DNA of 64,000 nucleotides from a virus: IMG/VR virus record IMGVR_UViG_3300035698_010358, positions 8,159 to 72,158 of that record; one strand, 5' to 3'. Shown piece by piece: positions 9,873 to 18,085 of this stretch (position 1 is its first letter; each line of letters starts with the position of its first letter). The notes under the pieces were generated by a model. It saw only the letters and a program-made list of their open reading frames with translations, ran no database searches and was not told where the DNA came from. The position numbers and the translations under genes were made by a program.

Positions 9873-10169
9873 ATGCTGTGGGTTTTGTTTCTTTTAGCCG
9901 TGTATGGCATCGTGTTCCTGCTCAGGCATAAATGGGAGCTGGGGTTTCTTCGTGGCTTCGAGTTCTTTGAGAGGCTATTGGACTGTGCCTTCTGTTTAGG
10001 TTTCTGGGTTGGAGGTCTAGTATGGACGGTCATTCAGACATTTTCCGACCTCATCATGGACACTAATAGTTGGATTGGGTTCTTTTTCTTCGGGATTATG
10101 TGGTCCTTTGCTTCAGCAGCGTTCTGTTACAACGTGGATAGAATCGTGGAGGATTCAGAATGGATATGA
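9873..10169 (+). CDS. Small membrane protein with CxxC (DUF1360-like)
   Basis: Three hydrophobic segments; LLDCAFCLGFW. Confidence 0.6.
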   Translation: MLWVLFLLAVYGIVFLLRHKWELGFLRGFEFFERLLDCAFCLGFWVGGLVWTVIQTFSDLIMDTNSWIGFFFFGIMWSFASAAFCYNVDRIVEDSEWI

Positions 10170-10528
10170 GGATAGATTGCCAAGTAGACGTACCTATAGA
10201 GGTTCAAGGTGGTAATTTTGCTGATGCCTTTCGGATCATCACTTTAAAAAATGATGAGTGTCTTTTGGATTTCATGTCCATCTCACAATGCCGTACCAAA
10301 GCATCTGTTGTGGCCAGAATCCGTGTAGAGAATAAATTCATGGCTTCTATTAGGGATCGATTGGAATCAACCCTGGAAGAAATAGATGGTAAGCATTACG
10401 GTACTCTGACACCAAAACAAGTTGAAGAGATGTGGTTTTTAGTAGACCAGTTTCCGATAGATGATGACCAGGAAGAAGGAGCATTACCATTAGCTTGGTA
10501 TGTAACCCCTTCAGAAAAGGTAGATTAA
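10160..10528 (+). CDS. Hypothetical protein, paralog of 718..951
   Basis: Direct sequence similarity to 718..951. Confidence 0.75.
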   Translation: MDMRIDCQVDVPIEVQGGNFADAFRIITLKNDECLLDFMSISQCRTKASVVARIRVENKFMASIRDRLESTLEEIDGKHYGTLTPKQVEEMWFLVDQFPIDDDQEEGALPLAWYVTPSEKVD

Positions 10529-10529
10529 G

Positions 10530-11030
10530 ATGTCAGTTGCATTTGTTCCTGGAGAAACGATAGGGCGGGGGGATCTGGACATTTTCTTGCAGAGTGCTCA
10601 AGGTAACCCTGCAAATGCAGCAGAGATTTATTACACCCTCTATTACGTATCCCCCGGACCCCCCGAATCTGAAGTTCAGGTTGGACAACCCCAACGAATA
10701 CCAGTGAATCCAGCCGTCGGGGAGTATTATGCTTCTCTAATGGTTCCAGCAGGCTCAACCCCTGGGACGTATAGGATTCGGTGGACGTTCCGAGAATTGG
10801 TGAATTCTCCCCAGCAGCAAGTTGTTCAAGAATTTGCTGTTGTCACTGCAGCAGGGATAGCATTGGTTCCTGGATATGACCCGTATCAAACAGCAATGAT
10901 GAATAGTCTTAGAATGCTTCTCAGAGATCAGTGTGTTGGTGAGGAGGTGAAAGTCGAAGTAGATGCCGACGGGGAACTTCTGGTTGTGTCTATGAAGGAC
11001 TTATGGGAGGCTTTGAAAGATGAAGTCTAG
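10530..11030 (+). CDS. Fractured gene part 1: extein 1 (134 aa, Ig-like) plus 32-aa split-intein N fragment
   Basis: ...LLRDQ/CVGEEVKVEVDADGELLVVSMKDLWE: block-A-like Cys1 at 10932 and the typical SI/MxDL motif, then stop. Confidence 0.85.
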   Translation: MSVAFVPGETIGRGDLDIFLQSAQGNPANAAEIYYTLYYVSPGPPESEVQVGQPQRIPVNPAVGEYYASLMVPAGSTPGTYRIRWTFRELVNSPQQQVVQEFAVVTAAGIALVPGYDPYQTAMMNSLRMLLRDQCVGEEVKVEVDADGELLVVSMKDLWEALKDEV

Positions 11031-12319
11031 CCAACCACATGTAAAACTAGTACCCTTGTTAGAGAAATATAATATTTCTTGGGGTTTATTTTGTAAAAAA
11101 GGTCGTTTGCCTAATGACTTGAAGTGGGTAAAAGAGAAACGTGTGTTTATCATTACAGAATTACACTCTCAAGGCACCTCCTGGGCCAATATGGTATTTA
11201 TTACGGGTTTGTCTCAAGGTTCTATTCAGCGTTTAACTAAAGCTATGTGGAACCAAGCATCACGGGACAAATTGAATAAAATAGGTGAGAAGGTTGGGAA
11301 ATCATGGAAAGGTAAAAAACGTCTAGGGCAATTAGAAAAACAATGGAAAAATGGCGTTTTTGATTTTCATCGAGGACGGAAAAGACCGGAGTGGGAAAAA
11401 GAAAAATTACGTGCTTCATGGACACCTGAATTAAGGGCACAAGTATCGGAAGAACGGTTAAAACGGTGGCAAGACCCGGAATACCGAAAAAACCTTTTAG
11501 ATTACCACAGAAGTCCTGAAGTTAGGGCTGAGAGGTCTAAATTACAAACAGAACGGATACTGGCTGATCCTGTGAAATGGACAAAGGGTCGGGGTGCTTA
11601 TGTTGAGGCTCTAAAAGAAAAACGAGAGGTTGTGTGGACACGGAGTTCATATGAACGAAGAGCTCTCTTAGTATTAGATAGTGATCCTAATGTGGTTTCT
11701 TATGAGTATGAACCACGGATAGAGTTGTCTGATGGTTTTTGGATAGTTCCTGATTTTTTAGTGTTCTTTAAAGATGGGTCTCAAACTCTTTTAGAAATAA
11801 AAGCCTCTTGGGTATACGGTCTTCCAGAGGGCCATAAAATTCACATTAGATTAGAGAAATCTAAAAAGTTAGCTTGTGATAGAGGTTGGGGTTTTTCTAT
11901 ATGGACTGAGAAAGATAGGTTGGAAGATGTTAAGTGTGCATAACAAATTGGTTCAGGCTTTTCGTGCAGGGAAACTGAAAACCCGATCTGTATCCCCTGA
12001 AGGAAAATTGGAGTGGAAACCCATAACGGATGTTCATAGGGCTGAAGTTCCTTGGGAAGAGATTATACAGGTTGGCACAGATCAAGGACATACTTATCTG
12101 ACTAAAGGGCACAGGGTTTTTGTATCCCCTACTGCAAAACGGGAAACTGGGGATTTAATAAAAGGTGATGGGGTTCTAGGTGTAGATTTACAGGATAATG
12201 TATTTCATCCTGTAATAGTGTCTACAGATACTGTACCATCACGTAAATATATGTATGATATGACTGTTGCAGACTGGCATAATTTTGTTTTGTTCGATTC
12301 TCGGATTGTTATTAGTAAT
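10932..12319 (+). mobile_element. Split intein 1 (IntN 10932-11027; IntC 11927-12319) with intervening endonuclease gene
   Basis: IntC has block B LTKGH, block F MYDMTVADWHNF and terminal ISN followed by Cys+1 at 12320. Confidence 0.85.
11020..11943 (+). CDS. Free-standing putative homing endonuclease, TnsA-N-like PD-(D/E)XK domain with HTH/NUMOD3-like N-terminus
   Basis: RSSYERRA...YEYEP...VPDFLV...LLEIK; HRGRKRPEWEKEKLRAS NUMOD3-like; out of frame with both intein halves. Confidence 0.8.
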   Translation: MKSSQPHVKLVPLLEKYNISWGLFCKKGRLPNDLKWVKEKRVFIITELHSQGTSWANMVFITGLSQGSIQRLTKAMWNQASRDKLNKIGEKVGKSWKGKKRLGQLEKQWKNGVFDFHRGRKRPEWEKEKLRASWTPELRAQVSEERLKRWQDPEYRKNLLDYHRSPEVRAERSKLQTERILADPVKWTKGRGAYVEALKEKREVVWTRSSYERRALLVLDSDPNVVSYEYEPRIELSDGFWIVPDFLVFFKDGSQTLLEIKASWVYGLPEGHKIHIRLEKSKKLACDRGWGFSIWTEKDRLEDVKCA

Positions 12320-12691
12320 TGCCCTGATAAATTCTACCATTTCCGACCACCAGAGTATGAAGGTGACATTGGCCAATACAATCGAATATTCGGACAGATT
12401 TGGGAAGATGCTGAACTTCTGGAATATCTGTTGAGATCTTTGGATTGGTTCAACATGTTCCCTCCCCTGACACAGAAAATCAATACTCTCACACGTTTGG
12501 TTCAAGATATGCCCTCGTGGAGGACAGCGATCCTTTGGGGCGCAATTACCCATGCCTGTTTTGCACTTTCAATAAATTGGGTTGCTGACGAATTTTCTGT
12601 TAGGGGTGACCAGGAAGTGACCGTTATAACAAAAACAGGGAAAAAGGTTACGTTGTCTATTCAGGAGTTGTATGAAATATGCAAGGGATGA
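11927..12691 (+). CDS. Fractured gene part 2: IntC1 (131 aa) + extein 2 (92 aa) + IntN2 (31 aa)
   Basis: ATG at 11927; ...IVISN/CPDKFYHF...WVADEF/SVRGDQEVTVITKTGKKVTLSIQELYE. Confidence 0.85.
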   Translation: MLSVHNKLVQAFRAGKLKTRSVSPEGKLEWKPITDVHRAEVPWEEIIQVGTDQGHTYLTKGHRVFVSPTAKRETGDLIKGDGVLGVDLQDNVFHPVIVSTDTVPSRKYMYDMTVADWHNFVLFDSRIVISNCPDKFYHFRPPEYEGDIGQYNRIFGQIWEDAELLEYLLRSLDWFNMFPPLTQKINTLTRLVQDMPSWRTAILWGAITHACFALSINWVADEFSVRGDQEVTVITKTGKKVTLSIQELYEICKG

Positions 12692-14018
12692 TAACAAAAC
12701 GACAAATTTTGTTGAAATACGGGTTCAATGACAAGACTTTCCGAAAGATGATGTCCGAGGGGGTTGTCAGCCCTGATTATATTCAACAAGGTAAAAGAAA
12801 AACCTTATTTTTTAAAGAGGGCTCTTTGAGGTTTGTTGAAAACCTTCACTATGTTATTTGTTTAGAGTGTGGAAAATGGATGAGTCAGATCACCACGAAG
12901 CATTTAAAAAGCTGTAGTGGAATGGTATTGCAGGATTACAAGGAAAAGTACCCTAAAGTTCTATTGATCTGTTATAGGACTAATGGTAACCATGTAAAAA
13001 CAGAAGAACAAAAGCAAAGACAGTCAGATGTTTTAAAGGCACGTTTCCAAACGGAAGAAGGGCAGAAAACCCGAGAAGTTATTTGCCAAGCATCTATTCG
13101 TTTAATGAAAGGCCCGTATCGTAAACAAGCTGCAAAACACCTAAAGGATTTGAATCAGACTACCAAGATGAAGGAATTTCATCGGGGGCATACCAAGAAA
13201 AGATGGGAAGATGGCGGGGATCTTCGGTATCTTATCCCAAAATGGCATCTGGATAATAAGGATTATTCAAATCAATTGGCCGCAAATGCTCGTAGGTTTA
13301 TAAAGAAAATTTCAAAGCCGCACATTAGGTTAAAAGTTTTATTGGAAGCTGCTGGTATCCCAACAGTTACGGAATATGAAGTCGGTTACTATGCCATTGA
13401 TGAAGCAATTCCAGGGAAAAAGATATCCATTGAGATGCATGGTTGTTATTGGCATAGTTGTCCTGTTTGTGGGTTGGAAGGTCCTTCCCTGAATAAAAGG
13501 ATTGACAAGTCTAAAGCTACTTATCTGAAAAATAGGGGTTGGGAACTTGTAGTGATTTGGGAACATGAGTTGAAAAATAATCCTGAAATGTGTATTGATC
13601 GGGTGAAGGAGGTTGTAATAGGATGTTGACTGATGCTTTAAAAAGAGAGATTAAGGAATCCTTTGAAGAGGGTTCCCTGAAAGTCCTTAGCGTGAACCCA
13701 GATTCTTTAGAGCCCTCTTTAGAATCGGTTACTGATGTTATGAGGCATCTTACTCCTCATAAAACAATTTTGGATGTTGAGACCTCACAGGGGCATACTG
13801 TTACGACTGAAGATCACAGTTTGTTCATGGAGGATATGTCTACGGTACCAACTTCTGAGTTGCAGGTGGGGGGTTGTATTGCTTGTATTCAGAACGGGGT
13901 CTATCAACCGACCCCTATTCTGGGCATTTCGGAAACGTTGAGGGAACAATATACTTATGATTTATCTGTCCCTTCATTTGAGAATTTTGTCTTGTCCAAT
14001 GGAGTGGTTGCACATAAC
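12596..14018 (+). mobile_element. Split intein 2 (IntN 12596-12688; IntC 13623-14018), Ser1/Ser+1 type, with intervening endonuclease gene
   Basis: IntN starts SVRGDQEV; IntC has block B TTEDHSLF, block F TYDLSVPSFENF and block G VAHN followed by Ser at 14019. Confidence 0.88.
12679..13629 (+). CDS. Free-standing putative homing endonuclease, Vsr/DUF559-like, with Zn-finger and NUMOD3-like N-terminus
   Basis: IEMHGCYWHSCPVC...DKSKATYLKNRGWELVVIWEHE; CLECGK..HLKSC; alternative start at 12688 (ATGA overlap). Confidence 0.82.
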   Translation: MQGMITKRQILLKYGFNDKTFRKMMSEGVVSPDYIQQGKRKTLFFKEGSLRFVENLHYVICLECGKWMSQITTKHLKSCSGMVLQDYKEKYPKVLLICYRTNGNHVKTEEQKQRQSDVLKARFQTEEGQKTREVICQASIRLMKGPYRKQAAKHLKDLNQTTKMKEFHRGHTKKRWEDGGDLRYLIPKWHLDNKDYSNQLAANARRFIKKISKPHIRLKVLLEAAGIPTVTEYEVGYYAIDEAIPGKKISIEMHGCYWHSCPVCGLEGPSLNKRIDKSKATYLKNRGWELVVIWEHELKNNPEMCIDRVKEVVIGC

Positions 14019-14309
14019 TCATATAGCATAGGGGGAGTGTCCTTAGATATCGATAAATCTGCCAAATATGAGTCCTTAAAGCAGAATGCTGAGGGACAAC
14101 TGACTTTGGCCACCGAGGCCAAGCAACGGACAGTGAAATTCATTCGTGGGCTACAGCAGCCCAGATTCGGGATGGGTGTTAGGTCGAGTTTTGGCCCGTT
14201 TGTGGGGAAAGGTATACTTAGCCCTCGTAATTTCGTGGCTTGGGCTTCTGTTATATTAGTACCAGCTTTGATGTTTGTTAGTTCTGCTAACAGTTCAGGT
14301 TTGGTCTAG
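13623..14309 (+). CDS. Fractured gene part 3: IntC2 (132 aa) + extein 3 (96 aa); spliced product is a putative head-completion/adaptor protein
   Basis: ...NGVVAHN/SYSIGGVSLDIDK; rejoined junction DEF-SYSIGGVSL resembles the head-tail adaptor beta-hairpin (function inferred). Confidence 0.82.
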   Translation: MLTDALKREIKESFEEGSLKVLSVNPDSLEPSLESVTDVMRHLTPHKTILDVETSQGHTVTTEDHSLFMEDMSTVPTSELQVGGCIACIQNGVYQPTPILGISETLREQYTYDLSVPSFENFVLSNGVVAHNSYSIGGVSLDIDKSAKYESLKQNAEGQLTLATEAKQRTVKFIRGLQQPRFGMGVRSSFGPFVGKGILSPRNFVAWASVILVPALMFVSSANSSGLV

Positions 14310-14521
14310 GTGTATGTTTGATAGAAGTTTAGAATTACGTATTGGGGGTAATGTTCTTAATTAACTGTTGTATTTTTTGTATGCGTTGGTTAATATCTGT
14401 GTTTATTTCAGAAATAAGAAGCCTGAGATCACGGTTAATAGGATTCAAAGGTTCCTTGGTATTCGGTAAGGTAGTTATAATTACCTTATTAGTATTGAAG
14501 GATTTTTTAAGGAGATAGAAA

Positions 14522-15319
14522 ATGGATAAAGCATCTTTTACTTTTAATGAGAACTGGTTTTTCCCAGATCCTCCTGCTCGGATTGAGAATCTTCTTTATA
14601 TGGCACAGAAAGTTGACCCTAGTGCTCATGTGGACGATTCTCAATACCAAAATAAAGTGGTGGTAGATAAGAAAAAGGCACCAGCCTTAATTAAGGTATT
14701 CGAATCCAAAGGAATGTTTGTGTCTGAAGAGAAACGTGGGGCCTACAAGGTGTTGTGGGGTAAAAAGCGGGCAAACGAGAGTCAGGGTTTACGTGGCCAT
14801 GTAGAGAAATTAGCCAATGAGAACCCAGAGTTAAGGGGGCATCTGGTTCCTTTGTTGAAACAGGCTGCAACACAAAAGTTTAATCCTGAGATGATCTCAA
14901 AAGCTAAGAAGCTCCTAAATACTATGAAAAATTATGGTTGGCAGTGGGGTGATGACAATCTGAAAGAAGTTTCTCGTAATGGGGAGTTTTATTTTTCACA
15001 GATGAGTCCTCATAATGCTCCTTGGGATGATGAAGAGGATTTCAAAACATATGTCCCTCCTTTTCGGGCAGGGCAGCTTTTTCGGAAATATAAAGTGGAG
15101 GACCACGCTGGATTGGTAGCAGTTCTTCATAAATTGCAGGAACAGTGGAAGAAGGATTCCTTTAAGTTTTCGAGGGTTGTAGGTAAAATTACCCCAAAGG
15201 ATGCTGATGTTAAGTTATTGTTTAACCCTGACCGTCAAGGTACACTTTTTGCACAGGTATATGTGAATGCCCAGCCTTACCTAGAGTGGACAAGTCATCG
15301 TGCTAAAGAGGAGAAGTGA
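14522..15319 (+). CDS. Hypothetical protein with internal LANENPELRGHLVPLLKQA motif
   Basis: AAGGAG RBS; motif at about 14810-14869. Confidence 0.8.
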   Translation: MDKASFTFNENWFFPDPPARIENLLYMAQKVDPSAHVDDSQYQNKVVVDKKKAPALIKVFESKGMFVSEEKRGAYKVLWGKKRANESQGLRGHVEKLANENPELRGHLVPLLKQAATQKFNPEMISKAKKLLNTMKNYGWQWGDDNLKEVSRNGEFYFSQMSPHNAPWDDEEDFKTYVPPFRAGQLFRKYKVEDHAGLVAVLHKLQEQWKKDSFKFSRVVGKITPKDADVKLLFNPDRQGTLFAQVYVNAQPYLEWTSHRAKEEK

Positions 15320-15502
15320 TGTTGGAATGGTTTCAAAAATTGTTTATAGAAAAACCCCCCTGAGCCTCTACCCCTCAAGTATCGGGATTTAGGTAATAAC
15401 GAGGTTGAAGTGTCTTGTGGTGACCGTAAAACTACAGCTATTTATTTTTCAGAGGCTGCTGTGGAATATATTGAAGCAGCTAAGAAAAGGATATTGTCAT
15501 AA
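15319..15502 (+). pseudogene. About 60-aa ORF interrupted by a +1 shift at CCCCCC-TGA
   Basis: ATG overlaps upstream TGA and has a GAGGAG RBS; +1 frame open 15350-15502 and ends in TAATG overlapping the next start. Confidence 0.5.
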
Positions 15503-15861
15503 TGTGGTGGGTATACGTCATACAATCTCAAGAAGTTCGGACAGGTAAAAACGGTAAGATCTTACCTGGGTTCCATTACGTGGGATGCACAACTGACCCT
15601 GCTCGTCGTATAAGACAACACAACGGCTTGTTGACCGGCGGAGGGAAGTACACCAGTAAACATCGTCCGTGGGTGCCACGAGCTCTCTACGGCCCCTACA
15701 ATGGACGATCTAATGCAATGAAGGCCGAGTATGCCCTAAAGCACGGGAAACGCAGCACAGCTCGAACACGGTGGTCTGTAGAGGATTCTCCTTGGTGTCG
15801 AGGTAAAGGGTCAAACGACCCGTGGATTACTGACGGTATTTCCCCTATTGAGGACTCTTAA
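15502..15861 (+). CDS. GIY-YIG nuclease (SLX1/UPF0213-like)
   Basis: WVYVIQS...YVGCTTDPARRIRQHN...GGKYT..RPW...AEYALK. Confidence 0.88.
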   Translation: MWWVYVIQSQEVRTGKNGKILPGFHYVGCTTDPARRIRQHNGLLTGGGKYTSKHRPWVPRALYGPYNGRSNAMKAEYALKHGKRSTARTRWSVEDSPWCRGKGSNDPWITDGISPIEDS

Positions 15862-15888
15862 TAGAAACATTGTTGTAGGGAGACTGTC

Positions 15889-16068
15889 ATGAATACTTAT
15901 AGAATAGTTAGTTCCAAGGTAGATGCCAATTTAACTCAAAAGTTAAAGAAGTTGAAGCCCAAAGCTCGTTCCCGTGGTGATTTTACAGGTGCCGTGTTAC
16001 AGGCAGCTTTCTATGCTCGGAAAGAAAATGACACTTATTTCCTTGTAAATTGTATGGTCACATGGTAG
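15889..16068 (+). CDS. 59-aa hypothetical protein (possibly truncated)
   Basis: GGGAG RBS, ATG 15889 to TAG 16068; below the ORF-track cutoff. Confidence 0.45.
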   Translation: MNTYRIVSSKVDANLTQKLKKLKPKARSRGDFTGAVLQAAFYARKENDTYFLVNCMVTW

Positions 16069-16150
16069 CCTCTGGTGCAGGGTCGGTACAAGACCCCCTG
16101 AGTCGTTACGATGTTGTAGTTTACGTAGGTTAATCTAATAGGAGATTATA

Positions 16151-16606
16151 ATGAGTTTCCGAGATAAAATAGCCAAATTGGCCAATGAAAATCCTGATGG
16201 GGTTAGAAAGCACTTAGTCCCCATTCTGAAACAGGCTGGTAGTGGTATCTATCAAATTTTCTTTAATATGTTTAAGAAAGCCTTTAAAGAATCTTGCACT
16301 GATCTATATACTCAATTCTACCGTGATTACAGTTGGGATAACATTGAAGGGGTGTCTTCGAGTATCAAACCTGGGCTTTGGGAAGTAGTTTCCAAGTATG
16401 GTCCTATGGTTGCAGTTTTTTATCACGCACAACCTACAAAACTGACTATTACTTGTAGTCTTTTAAATCTTCACCACAAAATGGAAGAAGAGAGACAGAT
16501 TATTTCTCTGGAGACTTTTCTAGCCCGTGATATGACTGAGAAAGATATGCAAGCTCTTATTATGAAATTCGTTATTAGCTGTGCTAAGAAGACCTGGAGA
16601 GGATAA
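16151..16606 (+). CDS. Hypothetical protein with LANENPDGVRKHLVPILKQA leader
   Basis: AGGAG RBS; leader motif. Confidence 0.8.
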   Translation: MSFRDKIAKLANENPDGVRKHLVPILKQAGSGIYQIFFNMFKKAFKESCTDLYTQFYRDYSWDNIEGVSSSIKPGLWEVVSKYGPMVAVFYHAQPTKLTITCSLLNLHHKMEEERQIISLETFLARDMTEKDMQALIMKFVISCAKKTWRG

Positions 16607-16607
16607 A

Positions 16608-17190
16608 ATGAGTTTACGAGATAAAATACAGAAATTAGCTAACGAGAACCCTGATGGCATCAGGGAACATTTGGTTCCCCTGCTCAAGAAGGAAGCCTCA
16701 ACAGATAAAGGTCTTAAACAGGCAGCTGATCCTAGCTGGTTGTCTAATGATTTTCCTAAAAAAGCATCCTGTGAGAACCCTGAGCTTCAAAAAACAGCCA
16801 GGAGAGCCCCCCGAGGCTTACATCAGGCTGGATAAAGATGCAATTTATTGGGCTTATAGTTATTTCATAGCCCCGATGGGTTGGGTGACAGATATGGTTG
16901 AACAGCAAGCCAGCTGCCAGAAATTCCTGGAGAGAACCCTTGGGGCTCTTCAAAAAGAGTTTGGTGGTAAAAAGAAACGTCCAACCAAGATGTATTACAC
17001 TCAGGATAACAACAAACGTATGGTTTTAACCGGACCTGCTCCTGGTTCTACAGCTCTTTACGACATCAATGTGGCCCAGCTCACCGTAGAGGATAACGGG
17101 GATTACAAACCCTTCGTGAAAGCCGTTCAGGATGTTTTTAAGAAAACAGGCTGGGATGTGAAGGGCATGGATGATTTGGACATCCGATGA
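16608..17190 (+). pseudogene. Leader-motif protein split by a +1 frameshift (16608-16835 then 16654-frame to 17190)
   Basis: Leader frame stops at 16835 while the protein-like body continues in the +1 frame; C6 run at 16807-16812. Confidence 0.6.
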
Positions 17191-17256
17191 CTAATGCAGC
17201 CGAACTATCCGATTCCAGCATTGACAGTGTGGGAATAGCCTGAACTCAAGACAAAC

Positions 17257-17290
17257 AAAACCCGTCAGGAATTTACTTGACGGGTTTTTT
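17257..17290 (+). terminator. Rho-independent terminator
   Basis: AAAACCCGTCAG...TTGACGGGTTTTTT. Confidence 0.8.
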
Positions 17291-17382
17291 CTCGGGGGTT
17301 TAGGGTATACTTGAATCTGGTTTCTGAATAGGTTCCTTATATTATCCAAGTATAAGGACCCTATTTCGGATTGGAGTTCGAC

Positions 17383-17655
17383 ATGGCCGATAAAAAAGCA
17401 GCGAAAATTGCAAGTCGTAGGGTATATTCATATATAGCCGATGACGGAACGGTCTTTTATTCGTTTACAAAAACGAAACAGACAGTTTCTACAGGTAAAC
17501 GGTTAGTTTTACAGAGTCGGAATGGGACCCCCTTTCTTCCTTTCATGGTGTTCATGAGGGGTCAGGCAGGTTCTTTAGGTAAAGAGGCTTCCATCGAGGA
17601 TGATGATTCCCGATTGGGAAAAACAAAACAGACGAAAGGACAAACAAATGAGTGA
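17383..17655 (+). CDS. Hypothetical protein
   Basis: GGAG RBS before ATG 17383. Confidence 0.7.
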   Translation: MADKKAAKIASRRVYSYIADDGTVFYSFTKTKQTVSTGKRLVLQSRNGTPFLPFMVFMRGQAGSLGKEASIEDDDSRLGKTKQTKGQTNE

Positions 17656-18085
17656 CGAGAAAAACATGGCAGAAATCACACAGCCCAAGGACACCGAAAA
17701 CCCAGCTTCGGGTCTTCCAACAGCCGAGCCGGATGAGCCACCCGCAGCAATTGGTGACGAGCCTGATGCTTCCCCTGCTGACCCATCTTCCTTGGGAACT
17801 GTAGAGAAACCTGAACAGGACTCTATTATGGCTCTCCAACAGAAACACCAGCAGATGGTTTTCCAGCTGGGTAACACCGTTCTCCGTATTTTCGAGACAG
17901 TGAACCAAGTGGGTGGTGTTGAAGATCAAATCCAGGGTGTTTACCAGGCTATCGGTAAACGTTTGAACATTGGACCAAACACTCGTTGGTCAGTGATGCC
18001 GGATGGTTCAGTCCGTCTTATCCCTGAACAACCGGGTCCACAAGTTGTTCCTCCACAAGAGGGCAATGATAAACCGGAGGGTTAA
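17648..18085 (+). CDS. Hypothetical protein with coiled-coil segment
   Basis: AAGGA RBS before ATG 17648; abuts next gene. Confidence 0.7.
   Translation: MSDEKNMAEITQPKDTENPASGLPTAEPDEPPAAIGDEPDASPADPSSLGTVEKPEQDSIMALQQKHQQMVFQLGNTVLRIFETVNQVGGVEDQIQGVYQAIGKRLNIGPNTRWSVMPDGSVRLIPEQPGPQVVPPQEGNDKPEG

Noticed and set aside
11044-11064. KLVPLL in the TnsA-like nuclease resembling the leader motif
   Set aside because: Lacks ANENP and the K-x-A ending; likely chance
11020-13629. Group I introns or sequencing frameshifts as the explanation of the broken gene
   Set aside because: No non-coding space for ribozyme cores, since ORFs overlap at all four boundaries; two indels per intein at non-canonical positions would be needed
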